64,000 bases of DNA from Spirochaetia bacterium (GCA_963668315.1 OY764216.1:2560001-2624000); one strand, 5' to 3'; numbered from the stretch's first letter, positions 9,224-20,154 are shown. Notes: generated by a model not told the origin, from the letters alone. Translations and numbers: made by a program.

Positions 9224-11335
9224 ATGGCTGATGTACCCCGATCCGGAAACAGAACTACTCTTCTCCAGCGTATAGCGGGGGGGAATAACGCCGATGTTCT
9301 TCTGGCGGCCGCCGTATTGATGGTCGTCTTTATGATGATCATCCCCATGCCGGCCGTGCTGCTGGACCTGTTCATGATCGTCAATATCATGCTCAGCATT
9401 ACGATCATGCTCATTGTCCTCTACAACAGGAATCCCCTGGAGTTCTCCATTTTCCCGACCATGCTCCTGGTGTCCACCATTTTCGGGCTGGCCCTGAACG
9501 TCTCCTCAACCAGGCTGATTCTCTCTAAGGGACCCCTCTTCAACGGAAATGTGGTCAAGGCTTTCGCCACCTTTGTGACGGGAGCGACCGGTACGGACGG
9601 AATCATCATCGGAGCCATCATTTTCATCATCATCATCGCCGTGCAGATGATGGTTATCACCAAAGGCTCCTCCCGTGTCGCCGAAGTGGCCGCCCGGTTC
9701 AACCTGGATGCCCTTCCCAACAAACATATGGCCATAGACCAGGAGTTTTCCTCCGGCGTCATATCCGAGGATGAGTACCGCCAGAGAAAATCCGACCTTC
9801 AGAGGACCAGTGACTTCTACGGAGCCATGGACGGTGCCACGAAGTTTGTTTCCGGTACGGTCAAGGTGGGGATAGTCATTACCCTTATTAACGTCATAGG
9901 GGGGCTGGTCATCGGTGTGGCCCGGAGGGGCGAATCCTTCGGTTCCGCCATGTCCATCTATACCTCTCTGACCATAGGTGACGGTCTGGTCTCCCAGCTT
10001 CCCTCCCTCATCATCTCCATGGCCACCGGTCTTATCGTGACCCGGTCAGTCTCTGACGACAGCTTCGGTTCGGATGTCAAGAACCAGTTCAGCCGGGACA
10101 GCCGGGTCTACTGGATCGCCGCCGCCTTCATGTTCATCCTCGGTGTACTCCCCGGTTTTCCCGGTTACCTGCTTCTTCCCCTCTCCGGCGCCGTGGGCTT
10201 TCTCGCCTACCGCTCCGGCCATATCAAGGAGGAGAAGGCCCGGGAGGAGGTCCAGAAGAAAGCGGCCGCCGCCAAAGCTCCCAGCTCGTCATCGGAACCG
10301 CAGCCAATCGTTCCCCTTGACGCCCTGTCTCTGGAACTGGGTTACGGCCTCATCCCCCTGGTCAACCAGGAGCAGGGAGCCGAACTGCTGGAAAGGGTCA
10401 AGCAGATCCGCAAGGAAGCGGCCATCGATATGGGGCTTGTGGTGCCTCCGATCCGTATCGTGGACAACATGCGTCTCGAACCGTCGGAATACTGCTTCAA
10501 GATAAAAGGGGTCGAAGTCGGCCGCGGCTCCATCCGCATGGGGTATTACCTGGCCATCAATCCGGGAAATGCCCGGGGCGATCTGGTGGGGGAGAAGACC
10601 ACCGATCCCACCTATCATCTGCCCGCCCTGTGGATTTCCGGCGATCAGAGGGAAAAGGCCGAAAGGGGAGGATATACCGTGGTGGATCCGCCCTCCATTA
10701 TCGCCACCCATCTGACGGAAGTCCTGAAGATTCACTCCGCCGATATCCTGGGACGGCAGGAGATCAAGAGCATGCTCGACACCCTGGCCGAAACTTATCC
10801 GGCAGTGGTGGACGAGGCGAACAAGCTCTTCAATACCGGAGAAATCCAGAAAGTCCTTCAGGGGCTTCTGCGTGAACAGGTCTCCATCCGGAACCTCGTC
10901 TCCATTCTTGAAACCCTGTGCGACTGGGGCGGACAGACGAAGGATACGGGCTATCTTATCGAAAAGGTGCGCCAGGCTCTGGGCCGGCAGATCTGTCTCT
11001 CCTACTGCGGCGCCGACAAGGTCCTCCGCTTCCTGGTTCTCGACCCCGCCCTGGAGCAGCAGTTCATCGAGGCCCGCATCGATGGAATGAATCAGGCCGG
11101 ACTGCATCCCGATTTCGAACGGCAGTGGATCAATGCTTTTGCCAATAAGATACGTGAGGAGCAGGAAAAAGGCATATATCCGGTCATTATGACTAGCGAA
11201 GCTGCCCGTCCTCTGGTAAGATCAACCACGGAAGGCGCCTTCCCGTCCATCCCCGTTCTCTCCTCTCTGGAGCTGGTAAGGGACATTAAAAGCGAAAATT
11301 TAGGGACTATAACCCTGGAAAGAGGTAATTCGTGA
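9224..11335 (+). CDS. flhA: Flagellar export protein FlhA
   Basis: FHIPEP motif RVAEVAARFNLDALPNKHMAID, plus FYGAMDGATKFV and TIGDGLVSQLP. Confidence 0.98.
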   Translation: MADVPRSGNRTTLLQRIAGGNNADVLLAAAVLMVVFMMIIPMPAVLLDLFMIVNIMLSITIMLIVLYNRNPLEFSIFPTMLLVSTIFGLALNVSSTRLILSKGPLFNGNVVKAFATFVTGATGTDGIIIGAIIFIIIIAVQMMVITKGSSRVAEVAARFNLDALPNKHMAIDQEFSSGVISEDEYRQRKSDLQRTSDFYGAMDGATKFVSGTVKVGIVITLINVIGGLVIGVARRGESFGSAMSIYTSLTIGDGLVSQLPSLIISMATGLIVTRSVSDDSFGSDVKNQFSRDSRVYWIAAAFMFILGVLPGFPGYLLLPLSGAVGFLAYRSGHIKEEKAREEVQKKAAAAKAPSSSSEPQPIVPLDALSLELGYGLIPLVNQEQGAELLERVKQIRKEAAIDMGLVVPPIRIVDNMRLEPSEYCFKIKGVEVGRGSIRMGYYLAINPGNARGDLVGEKTTDPTYHLPALWISGDQREKAERGGYTVVDPPSIIATHLTEVLKIHSADILGRQEIKSMLDTLAETYPAVVDEANKLFNTGEIQKVLQGLLREQVSIRNLVSILETLCDWGGQTKDTGYLIEKVRQALGRQICLSYCGADKVLRFLVLDPALEQQFIEARIDGMNQAGLHPDFERQWINAFANKIREEQEKGIYPVIMTSEAARPLVRSTTEGAFPSIPVLSSLELVRDIKSENLGTITLERGNS

Positions 11336-12534
11336 CATCCCCCAACTATTTTGTCGTCAGCGGCAAGGATTATGAAGACGTCCGTCGGAAACTGTTCAAT
11401 GATTACGGCGACAGAGCCCGAATTCTCACGAGGAAGGAGGTGCCTGCCAGCGGTCTCCTCGGCCTGTTCGGACAGCGTCGGCTGGAGTGTACCTGCTATC
11501 TGTCCAGCGGGCTGACTTCCCTGGAGAAGGAACAGCAGAAAAAGAACGACAAGCAGTCAAAGAAAGAGATCCTCTCCATGGTCGGCTACCAGGACGAACA
11601 GTTTCAGCAGCTGGCCCAGGATATCAAAATGATCAAGGAGAGCGTATCCGCCGGCATACCCGCCGAGGAGAAGCATCCCTCTCTGAAAAAGATAGAGGAC
11701 ATTCTCGAAGATAATGATTTCTCCCCGTCCTTTGTGAAAGCGGTTCTCGAAACGTTGAGACGGGAATTCGCCCTGGACGATCTGGATAATTTCGCCCTTG
11801 TCCAGCAGAGCGTGGCCGAGCTTATCGCCCGGTCCATCAATATCTATGAACCCTCCGGTCCCCGTTTTCCCCTGATCCAGATTCTTGTGGGCCCCACGGG
11901 AGTGGGAAAGACAACCACTGTGGCCAAACTGGCCGCCCTTCAGGGGCTTTCCCCCAATAAGGCGGTGGAGAGACGGATACGGATTGTTACCATCGACTCC
12001 TACCGTATCGGCGCGCGGGCTCAGATTGAGATCTACGGCGATATCATGAACATACCCGTGGAACTGGCCGATAACTACGAAGACCTCAGGTCCTACATCG
12101 AGAAAAACCGCGATGTGGATTTTATTCTGGTCGACACCATTGGCAAGGGGCCGGGGGATTATCAGAAACTGGCGGAGATGAGAAAGACTCTGGAAGGGGC
12201 CGGCACGGGTAGTGAGATTCACCTGGCCATCAGCGCCACCACAAAGACGGCGGACATCAGGGAGATACTCAAGCAGTTCGAGTTTTTCAATTACGAAGCG
12301 GTTGTCATCACCAAGCTGGATGAAACAACCCGTGTGGGAAATCTTATTTCCGTACTGGCCGACAGGGGGATACCCCTTTTCTGCGTTACCACGGGGCAGA
12401 GCGTTCCCAGCGACATTGAACGGGACAATATTGTGGGCTATCTTATGGATAAGCTCAGAAACCTGGACTTTGATATGGACAGGATAAATACAATACTAGC
12501 GAGACAGGCCTCCAGGCCGGCAAGGCGGAATTAA
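11332..12534 (+). CDS. flhF: SRP-type GTPase FlhF
   Basis: GTPase motifs GPTGVGKTTT, DSYRIGA, DTIG, TKLDET and TTGQSVPSD. Confidence 0.96.
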   Translation: MTSPNYFVVSGKDYEDVRRKLFNDYGDRARILTRKEVPASGLLGLFGQRRLECTCYLSSGLTSLEKEQQKKNDKQSKKEILSMVGYQDEQFQQLAQDIKMIKESVSAGIPAEEKHPSLKKIEDILEDNDFSPSFVKAVLETLRREFALDDLDNFALVQQSVAELIARSINIYEPSGPRFPLIQILVGPTGVGKTTTVAKLAALQGLSPNKAVERRIRIVTIDSYRIGARAQIEIYGDIMNIPVELADNYEDLRSYIEKNRDVDFILVDTIGKGPGDYQKLAEMRKTLEGAGTGSEIHLAISATTKTADIREILKQFEFFNYEAVVITKLDETTRVGNLISVLADRGIPLFCVTTGQSVPSDIERDNIVGYLMDKLRNLDFDMDRINTILARQASRPARRN

Positions 12535-12536
12535 TT

Positions 12537-13439
12537 ATGGAAGATCAGGCAGAGAAGTTAAGAGAGTTCATGAAGCAGCAGTCCGGACCCTCGGAAAGCG
12601 GCGGCGAGGCAAAGGCCGCCGATCAGAACGGGACGGGCAAGACGAAGATCATTGCCGTGGCAAGCGGAAAGGGAGGGGTCGGCAAGACAAATATCTCCAT
12701 CAACCTGGCCATCGCCTACGCCCGGATGGGCAAGAAAGTCATCGTGCTGGACGCCGATCTCGGCCTGGCCAACGTTAACGTCATTCTGGGTGTTATCCCC
12801 AAATATAATCTTTATCATGTCATCCGCAAGCAGAAGAATATGAGGGATATTATTCTCGATACGGATTACGGTATTCAGATCGTCGCCGGTGCTTCGGGAT
12901 TCTCCCGTATCGCCAATCTCACCGAGGCGGAAAGGAAGGATTTCATCGCGGAGATGAAAGCCCTGGGCCATGCGGATATCATTATTATCGATACCAGTGC
13001 CGGGGTGGGGCAGAACGTTCTGGATTTTGTGGAAGCCGCCGATGAGGCCATTATCGTGACCACACCCGAACCGACGGCCATTACCGACGCCTACGGAATC
13101 ATAAAGATCATTTCCACAGAAATAGAGGACTTTGACATGGGGCTCAAGCTCATCGTCAACAGGGTCGGCAGTGTGGTGGAAGCGAAGAAAGTGTCCCAGA
13201 GAGTCATAAACATCACCAGTCAGTTTCTCAATATCAAAGTGGATTACCTGGGTTTTGTCTTCGATGATCCCGGTGTTTCCCTGGCTGTTAAGAAGCAGCA
13301 GCCCTTTTCCATCGCCGATCCCAAGGGGAAGGCCGCTTCCTGTATACAGACGATGGTCAACAGGCTGGAAAAGGTGGATCCCCGGGAAGGCGGGGGTATG
13401 GGACGTTTTGTCCGAAAGCTGTTCGGCGGAGGAGAATAG
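12537..13439 (+). CDS. flhG: MinD-like ATPase FlhG/FleN
   Basis: SGKGGVGKT, DADLGLAN and TTPEPTAITDAY. Follows flhF. Confidence 0.96.
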   Translation: MEDQAEKLREFMKQQSGPSESGGEAKAADQNGTGKTKIIAVASGKGGVGKTNISINLAIAYARMGKKVIVLDADLGLANVNVILGVIPKYNLYHVIRKQKNMRDIILDTDYGIQIVAGASGFSRIANLTEAERKDFIAEMKALGHADIIIIDTSAGVGQNVLDFVEAADEAIIVTTPEPTAITDAYGIIKIISTEIEDFDMGLKLIVNRVGSVVEAKKVSQRVINITSQFLNIKVDYLGFVFDDPGVSLAVKKQQPFSIADPKGKAASCIQTMVNRLEKVDPREGGGMGRFVRKLFGGGE

Positions 13440-13455
13440 GCCCGATTCCGGGAGC

Positions 13456-13484
13456 TTGACGGTAGACGCTTTTTAGAATAATCT
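13456..13484 (+). promoter_or_regulatory. Putative internal sigma-70 promoter upstream of the unknown gene-fliA-fapA segment
   Basis: TTGACG-N17-TAATCT. Confidence 0.5.
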
Positions 13485-13496
13485 AAGAGTGGGGAG

Positions 13497-14186
13497 ATGA
13501 TGCGTTTGTACGATAGAGTGAACATTAGATCCGTTATTATTGTCACTTCCCTGGCCGCCGTTATTTCGGTGGCTGCCGGGGGTATCGGCGGAGTACCCAT
13601 GGGAACTCTGCTGATAAGGGCTCTGCTCTTTTCCCTGCTGTTCGCTCTGGGTACGGTTCTCGTCAATATTATTGTCGATACCTATTTACCCGAATTGAAG
13701 TTAAGTTCTGCTGGCCCCGACGAAACCGAAGGGGAGAACGAGGAGAACCGCGGACAGAATGTAAATATTGTCATGGATGACGGGGAAGAAGGATCTCCCG
13801 TCTCCTATGGCCAGGAGCAGGTTGACGGAGAAGAGGACGATTCGCTCGGTGACGGCGAAGGATATCCCTCCCGTGAAAGCGTACCGGTTTCGGAGCCGGC
13901 GGCCGGGAGCAGTGCCTTCGCTCAGGATAGGGAAAAGGGCGGAAGCAAGGCCCTTCCCGATATCGGGGTTTTCTCCTCCCTCGGCGATGATGAGGACGAA
14001 CCGGAAGACCTGGATGATGGTGAGAGCGCTACCACCAGTAATATATCGTCGGGGTCCGGAAGTTCCCGATATTCTGCCATGCAGACGAATGATGAGGAAA
14101 AAATCGAGTATTTTCAAAATAATACCACCGCCGAAGAGTTGGCTAAAGGTGTAAGGACAATGCTAAAGAGTGATGAAAAGGGGTAG
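13497..14186 (+). CDS. Hypothetical membrane protein (2 TM segments plus acidic, probably disordered tail) upstream of fliA
   Basis: Two hydrophobic segments, then an acidic region ending in [13 protein letters not shown]. Tightly packed in the operon. Confidence 0.8.
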   Translation: MMRLYDRVNIRSVIIVTSLAAVISVAAGGIGGVPMGTLLIRALLFSLLFALGTVLVNIIVDTYLPELKLSSAGPDETEGENEENRGQNVNIVMDDGEEGSPVSYGQEQVDGEEDDSLGDGEGYPSRESVPVSEPAAGSSAFAQDREKGGSKALPDIGVFSSLGDDEDEPEDLDDGESATTSNISSGSGSSRYSAMQTNDEEKIEYFQNNTTAEELAKGVRTMLKSDEKG

Positions 14187-14194
14187 AATCACCG

Positions 14195-14983
14195 ATGGAT
14201 GAAAACATTATTAATGGTAAAGCGGAAAGTGAGCTCTGGTTGGAATATCGCAAGTCCAGGGATCTCTCTATACGTGACGCCATAATCACGCAATATGCGC
14301 CCCTTGTCAAATATGTGGCCGGAAAAGTGTCCGTCGGGATGCCCGCGAGTGTTGACTTTGACGATCTGGTAGGTTTCGGTGTTTTCGGACTAATGGACGC
14401 CATTGAGAAATTCGATCCCGAAAAGCACGTGAAATTCAAGACCTATGCCGTAACGAGAATCAGGGGCGCCATTTTTGACGAACTCCGTTCCATAGACTGG
14501 GTCCCCCGGTCCGTCCGGCAGAAGACCAGAGAGGTCGACGAAGCGGTCCAGAGGCTGGAATCCACCCTCGGCCGGGCGGCGACCGATGAGGAAATCGCCA
14601 GGGAGATGGATATGGAGCTGGACCAGTACAACCAGGTCCTGCTTAAGATATCCGGAACTTCCATGCTTTCCCTGAACGATGTCTGGTTTGCCGGAGATGA
14701 CAACGATAAGATCTCCATCGCCGACAGTATCGAGTCTCCTTCAAGTCTGAGACCCGATTCCATCGCGGAAAGAGAAGAGATCAAGCGTGTTATTGTCGAG
14801 GCCATAAACGAATTGCCCGAGAAGGAGAAAAAGGTTCTCGTCCTCTACTATTATGAGGACCTCACCCTGAAGGAGATAGGGCAGGTTCTGGAAGTGACCG
14901 AGTCCCGTATTTCCCAGCTGCATACAAAGGCTATTTCCCGGCTCAGGGCAAAGCTGACAAATCTCAAGAAAGGGATTTTCTGA
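14195..14983 (+). CDS. fliA: RNA polymerase sigma-28 factor FliA/WhiG
   Basis: [28 protein letters not shown] and [21 protein letters not shown]. Confidence 0.97.
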   Translation: MDENIINGKAESELWLEYRKSRDLSIRDAIITQYAPLVKYVAGKVSVGMPASVDFDDLVGFGVFGLMDAIEKFDPEKHVKFKTYAVTRIRGAIFDELRSIDWVPRSVRQKTREVDEAVQRLESTLGRAATDEEIAREMDMELDQYNQVLLKISGTSMLSLNDVWFAGDDNDKISIADSIESPSSLRPDSIAEREEIKRVIVEAINELPEKEKKVLVLYYYEDLTLKEIGQVLEVTESRISQLHTKAISRLRAKLTNLKKGIF

Positions 14984-14985
14984 TC

Positions 14986-16941
14986 ATGGTAAACCTGGAA
15001 AAATTCCGAGACCGGATGTCTCTTCTCAGCGAAGAGGACAGGGAGCGGAACAGCATTCAGGTCTCCGGTGATACCCTTGAAGACGCCTTGAAACAGGCCG
15101 GTCTGGAACTGGATGTCAATCCCCGTTTCCTCGATTACGAAATCCTCGATAAGGGCAAGCGCTCCCTCCTGGGGAAAAATAAGAAGTGTCTTATCATCGC
15201 CTATGTCAGGGATAAGGTTGTCGATGACGACGGACTGCTCCAGGTTGTCAGCAAGAGACGCTCTTCCGCAGAGGTCAGGGAAGTCCTGACGCCGGTGAAT
15301 GGCAGCTTTTCCCTTCGTCTGGCCAGGGACGGGGTCTACCTGAGCGTGACTGCACCCCGGAATGGAGGCGAGCCGGTTACCAGGGAAGAGATTCTGGAAC
15401 GGATCGCCGAGAGAGAGGTCAGGGTAACCCATGAGGACCTCCTGGATGAGGCTCTGGAAAGGGGCGATGATGTTTATGTCCGCATCGGTGAATACGATTA
15501 CAATCCCATAAACGATACGATGCTCACCATTTCCATCGAGGAAGAGGATATGAAGGTCTACATAACCGCCGTTCCCCCGGGAAGGGGAGGGAGCGATTAC
15601 GGGGCCGATGATCTTACCGTCTTTTTTCAGAACAACGGTGTGGTTCACGGAATCATGGAGGATGCGGTAAGGGAATTTGAAAAGCATCCTGTTTATAGTC
15701 AGCCGATTCTCATGGCTCAGGGAACGCCTCCCGTTAACGGGAAGGATGCCAAGATCATATACAATTTTGAAGTGGATCCCACCCAGGTCAAGCTTAAGGA
15801 GAGAGTTGACGGTTCCATCAACTTCAAAGAGCTTAACCTCATACAGAATGTGGTGGAAGGCCAGCCTCTGGCCAGGAAGATTCCTCCCGAAGCGGGCAAG
15901 GACGGACGTACGGTCAAGGGGAAAATCCTTCCCGCCCGGGACGGCAGGGACAGGGAAATCGGCCTTGGCAAGAACGTATCCATCATAGATAACGGCCGTA
16001 CCGTCATTGCCGCGGCCAGCGGACAGGTCATGCTTATCAGGGATAAGATTATCGTGGAAACGGTCATGGTCATTCCCGGTGATGTCAATATGCAGACCGG
16101 TAACGTCAACGCCCTGGGAGCCGTTATCGTCAAGGGGAACGTGGAGGACGGTTACGCCGTTACGGCCCAGGGTAATATTGAAGTTCTGGGTATCGTGGGT
16201 AAAGCCAATCTCACCTCCGGCGCGGATATCGTTGTGAAGAAGGGCATCAACGGAAGCGACGATGAAGAGCTGGGTTCCATAAAGGCGGGGAAATCGGTCT
16301 GGGCCAGTTTTATTCAGAATGCCCGCGTTGAAGCGGGTGAGCTTATCGTGGTGAGTGACGGAATCGTTAACAGCCACATCACCTGTCTCCATAAGATCCT
16401 CTGCCAGGGAAAGAGAGCCCAGATTGTGGGCGGCGTCATCCGGGCCTGTGAGGAGATCAACGCCTCTATTCTCGGCTCCCAGGGGGGAACCGAAACCATC
16501 CTCGAAGTGGGGTATGATCCCCGGTCCAAGGAAGAGCTTGAAACCATGCTCAAGAACAGAACCGCCTACGAGAATGAACTGACCGAAGTGGACAGGAATA
16601 TCCAGGGTCTGATCAGGCAGAAGAAGATACAGAGAAAGAAGCTTTCCGCCGATAAGGAAAAGATGCTCATAGAGCTTAAGGACAGACATAACGACAGGGT
16701 CGCCCGCATAAAGGAGCTGGAAGAAGCTATCGCCAAGCGTGAGGAGTACCTGAACAGTCTGAAGAATGTGGGAAGAATTTCGGCCGGAAAATCGGTCCTT
16801 CCCGGTGTTAAAATTCGCATAAGGGACGCTGCCTACGATGTTACCAGACCTTTTGACCAGCCCGTAACGTTCCTCCAGGAAGATGGAGTAGTCAGAACCG
16901 CCGATTATGAAGAGATATCGGAGGAGCTGAGCAGGAGGTAG
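14986..16941 (+). CDS. FapA family (DUF342) protein with N-terminal Jag_N-like domain
   Basis: N-terminal GDTLEDAL...YEILDKG. Also GTPPVNGKDA, beta-helix repeats (GDVNMQTGNV, VKGNVEDG) and a coiled coil. Confidence 0.88.
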   Translation: MVNLEKFRDRMSLLSEEDRERNSIQVSGDTLEDALKQAGLELDVNPRFLDYEILDKGKRSLLGKNKKCLIIAYVRDKVVDDDGLLQVVSKRRSSAEVREVLTPVNGSFSLRLARDGVYLSVTAPRNGGEPVTREEILERIAEREVRVTHEDLLDEALERGDDVYVRIGEYDYNPINDTMLTISIEEEDMKVYITAVPPGRGGSDYGADDLTVFFQNNGVVHGIMEDAVREFEKHPVYSQPILMAQGTPPVNGKDAKIIYNFEVDPTQVKLKERVDGSINFKELNLIQNVVEGQPLARKIPPEAGKDGRTVKGKILPARDGRDREIGLGKNVSIIDNGRTVIAAASGQVMLIRDKIIVETVMVIPGDVNMQTGNVNALGAVIVKGNVEDGYAVTAQGNIEVLGIVGKANLTSGADIVVKKGINGSDDEELGSIKAGKSVWASFIQNARVEAGELIVVSDGIVNSHITCLHKILCQGKRAQIVGGVIRACEEINASILGSQGGTETILEVGYDPRSKEELETMLKNRTAYENELTEVDRNIQGLIRQKKIQRKKLSADKEKMLIELKDRHNDRVARIKELEEAIAKREEYLNSLKNVGRISAGKSVLPGVKIRIRDAAYDVTRPFDQPVTFLQEDGVVRTADYEEISEELSRR

Positions 16942-16944
16942 GTC

Positions 16945-17283
16945 ATGGCCCTGACGCCGCTGGATTTACAGACTCTGTTCATAAAGATGAATGAAGTGAA
17001 CAGGGAACAGGCTCATATCAAGGGAGCTGAGGCACAGGAACAGTCCCTGGAAGCCAAGAAGCTTGTGGATCAGGAAATTCAAAAGGACAGCTCCGTCAAT
17101 CCCAGTGCCGAACAGGAGGAGATGGACAACCGGATCAAGGATAAGCAGGAGAAGGCCGGCGGAAATGAGCAGGAAGGCCATGAAAAGAAGAAAAAAAACG
17201 ATAAGGAAGAGAAGGACGAGAAGGATAACCGTGAATATATCAGGGATCCGAATCTCGGACAGCATATAGATCTGATCGGCTAG
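16945..17283 (+). CDS. Hypothetical flagellar-cluster protein
   Basis: Starts MALTPLDLQ and ends DPNLGQHIDL. Strong RBS (AGGAGG). Confidence 0.8.
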   Translation: MALTPLDLQTLFIKMNEVNREQAHIKGAEAQEQSLEAKKLVDQEIQKDSSVNPSAEQEEMDNRIKDKQEKAGGNEQEGHEKKKKNDKEEKDEKDNREYIRDPNLGQHIDLIG

Positions 17284-17315
17284 GGGAACGCCGATGAGAG
17301 AGACAGGGAGGGAAA

Positions 17316-17834
17316 ATGGGACAACTCACAATCATACTCGTTTTACTGGCCGTTCAGGTTCTGATGTTTCTCTATTTCCGTCTGCAGATACGGAAAGAGC
17401 TTTCCCGGGAGAACCGGATTGAAAATGTTCGCCGTGAGATTGAACAGCTGATCATCGAACTGGACAGCACGACGGATAGGAACGTCGCCATTCTGGAAGA
17501 CAGGATCGAACTCCTCAAGGAGAAGGTCAAGGAGGGCGAGCGCATTATCCGCCTCATAGAAACGGAGGGGGAGAAAAGGGAGCGGATCGTCCCTCTTTAT
17601 ACGGAGCTCCGGGATAAACAGATGCCCCCCGAGACGGAAAGGGAAGTCCTGCCTGCCCAGGATATTATCAGCGTCACGCCCGCGGTGAATGATCTTGAAA
17701 TCGAAGTCATTGACGGAAGGGAAAGGGCGCTGGAACTTTACAGGCAGGGTATGGATGCCTCGATGATCGCCTCTGCAACCGGTCTGCCCCGCGGAGAGGT
17801 GGATCTTATTATCTCATTGAATCAGAAAGGTTAG
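17316..17834 (+). CDS. Membrane-anchored coiled-coil protein with C-terminal HTH-like motif (DUF6115/DUF2802-like)
   Basis: N-terminal TM segment, coiled coil, and terminal LYRQGMDASMIASATGLPRGEVDLI. Confidence 0.7.
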   Translation: MGQLTIILVLLAVQVLMFLYFRLQIRKELSRENRIENVRREIEQLIIELDSTTDRNVAILEDRIELLKEKVKEGERIIRLIETEGEKRERIVPLYTELRDKQMPPETEREVLPAQDIISVTPAVNDLEIEVIDGRERALELYRQGMDASMIASATGLPRGEVDLIISLNQKG

Positions 17835-17836
17835 CC

Positions 17837-19483
17837 ATGGAAGAAGCTCAGAAGTACAGGACCCAGTTTCTGGAAATTGCCGGGGAGATAGAGTTGAATC
17901 TTTCTCTCATACTGGAAGATTGGGATACCTTTTTGCAGAAAAAAGATGAGCTGGATGATCTCTACCGTATGATCCATTCCCTTAAATCGGGAGCCGCCTT
18001 TCTGGATATGGCCGACCTGGAACGGCGGGCCCATTTCGCCGAAGACGGGATCGAGGAGGTCCGGAAGGGGAAATCCGACGGCACTATGCTGAAAAGCTAC
18101 CTGGACGGAATCCTCGACAGTCTGGGAGCCGATCTGGCTGAACCTCCCGTGCCCGAAGTCTTTACGCCGAGGGAAAAGCTGATCATGGAAAAAGCCCGGT
18201 CACGGGGAGAGAATGTTTACCGCGTTGTCTGCCGGATTGATCCTTCGGAGCCCATGAAAAAAGCCCGTGCTTTTCTTATTCAGAATAATCTTGAACTCTC
18301 CTTCAACGTAATAAAGGCCGTCCCTTCGCTGAGCGGTGAGGATGATTTTTCCCGTTTTACCCTCTATCTTTCCACCGAAGAGAGAAAAGATGCCGTCCGC
18401 CGGGCCGTCGACGTGGACAGGATCAATGAGATTCGTATCGAATCCTATTCCGGTAATGACGAAGATCCCGGTGAGGGGGACATCCTTACCGTCCGCAATG
18501 AGGCGAGGCGCCACCCGGTAAGTGTGGAGATGGACCGTCTTGACGAGATCAGGTATTATCTTGAAGAGATCGGTCGGTCCGGCGGAAAGGACAGACAGCG
18601 GCTGATTGCCCTGGCCGGTGGGATCAACCGGGTTTTAAAATCCCTTATGTATGAACCTCTCAGAACGATCGGTGACGGAGCCGATCTCTACCTGAGAAAA
18701 CTGGCCGAACGGTACGGCAGGAAGGCGGATATGGTCGTTACCGGGGGGGATATGATGCTCTCCCTGGGATGGATTCAGCCTCTGACCGAAATTCTTCAGC
18801 AGCTGATCAGAAACAGTCTGACCCACGGCATCAGCGGTGAGGGGACGGTTCACCTATCCGGGATTGAAGACGGGGGAGAACGCATTATACGCTACTCCGA
18901 TAACGGACGCGGTCTGGACCTTGAGAAAGTACGCCGTGCCGGTGAGCCGGGCGAATCCGTTACCGATATTCTCTGCCGGCCCGGTTTTTCCACTTCCGAC
19001 CGTCCCGATACTCTTTCCGGCCGGGGGATCGGTTTGAATCTCGTCAGGCATAATACCGAGATGATCGGAGGCAAACTGACCGTTGAACACGACGGAGACG
19101 GGAAAAATCTGGCCTTCCTTATTCATCTGCCCCCTCCCGATGTTCTTCCCATTCTCCAGTTTCGGCTGGATGATCAGATCGCCACCCTTCCCCGCCATTT
19201 CATTGAGAAAGAGCTGGAACTGGACAAGAGGCAGTTAAAGCGGAACAGGAAAAACCGCTTTTTTTATCTTCACGAGGGAGTGCACATCCCCCTGTATGAA
19301 CTTAACCGTCCTGTGAGAGGACTCGAAGCGATGCGCAGGGCGAATTTTGTCATCATCGTTTCCTATCTCACCAAAAGTTACGCCCTGTTAGCCGATGAAC
19401 TGCTTCTGGAAAGCCGCGTGTCTCGACAAAACCTTGAGTCTATGTTATATATCGATCCTGCCCAACTGGAGGAAATTAATTGA
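17837..19483 (+). CDS. Divergent CheA-like histidine kinase (Hpt, P2-like, HATPase_c, degenerate CheW-like)
   Basis: Hpt LYRMIHSLKSGA; N-box LIRNSLTHG; G1 SDNGRGLD; F box PGFST; G2 SGRGIGL. Confidence 0.8.
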   Translation: MEEAQKYRTQFLEIAGEIELNLSLILEDWDTFLQKKDELDDLYRMIHSLKSGAAFLDMADLERRAHFAEDGIEEVRKGKSDGTMLKSYLDGILDSLGADLAEPPVPEVFTPREKLIMEKARSRGENVYRVVCRIDPSEPMKKARAFLIQNNLELSFNVIKAVPSLSGEDDFSRFTLYLSTEERKDAVRRAVDVDRINEIRIESYSGNDEDPGEGDILTVRNEARRHPVSVEMDRLDEIRYYLEEIGRSGGKDRQRLIALAGGINRVLKSLMYEPLRTIGDGADLYLRKLAERYGRKADMVVTGGDMMLSLGWIQPLTEILQQLIRNSLTHGISGEGTVHLSGIEDGGERIIRYSDNGRGLDLEKVRRAGEPGESVTDILCRPGFSTSDRPDTLSGRGIGLNLVRHNTEMIGGKLTVEHDGDGKNLAFLIHLPPPDVLPILQFRLDDQIATLPRHFIEKELELDKRQLKRNRKNRFFYLHEGVHIPLYELNRPVRGLEAMRRANFVIIVSYLTKSYALLADELLLESRVSRQNLESMLYIDPAQLEEIN

Positions 19484-20145
19484 AGAAAAACGTAAGTGCC
19501 GCCTTTTTTGATATCGATCATACTTTGACAAGGCACTCTACAGCCATCCGTTGCATCATGGCCAACCTGATTAAGTTTAATGTACCCATCCGATTCTGTC
19601 TTTCCATTGTGGGACCCTATTTCAAATATAAAAAGGGAACTATGAATTTACAAAACTGCGACAGTATGATGAAGGGAATGGACGGCATAGCAAAGAAAGA
19701 TCTGGATGCCATGGCTTCCCTGAGTTTTGAAAAATTCCATGAAAAAGATCTCTATGAAGAGATGATTGAGCTTATCGGCGAATATAAAAATGCCGGAATT
19801 CCCGTTATTCTCGCCACTTCCAGTCCCCGCTTCGTGGTGGAACCCTACTATCGTTATCTCGATGCGGATCATCTCATCTGTACGGAACTGGCCTTTGACG
19901 AGAAGGAAGTCACCAGCGGCAAATTCGACGGCAAGGTTGCCTTTGATTCGGGGAAAAAAGAGCTGGTGAAGGACTATATGGTCAAAATGGGGTATGAAGC
20001 GGCCGATTGCGCTTTCTATTCCGATTCCATTCATGATCTTCCCACATTGAAGATGGTGGGCTCCCCCGTGGCGGTCAATCCCGACCGGGAATTAAAGGCC
20101 CGTGCCGGGGAGTGGGGCTGGGACATACTGGAGTATAATAAATAA
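19480..20145 (+). CDS. HAD-IB family hydrolase (SerB-like)
   Basis: Motif I FFDIDHTL, motif II ATSS, and YSDSIHDLPTL...AVNPD. TTG start overlaps the upstream stop. Confidence 0.9.
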   Translation: MKKNVSAAFFDIDHTLTRHSTAIRCIMANLIKFNVPIRFCLSIVGPYFKYKKGTMNLQNCDSMMKGMDGIAKKDLDAMASLSFEKFHEKDLYEEMIELIGEYKNAGIPVILATSSPRFVVEPYYRYLDADHLICTELAFDEKEVTSGKFDGKVAFDSGKKELVKDYMVKMGYEAADCAFYSDSIHDLPTLKMVGSPVAVNPDRELKARAGEWGWDILEYNK

Positions 20146-20154
20146 CTCCTTTCC

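Noticed and set aside
14851..16689. 612-aa minus-strand ORF, and similar long antisense ORFs (1211-2365, 24043-25344, 32636-33877, 40269-41732, 42481-44409, 50362-51891, 52291-53928)
   Set aside because: They are shadows of well-supported genes on the opposite strand, as expected from GC and codon bias, and have no recognisable motifs.
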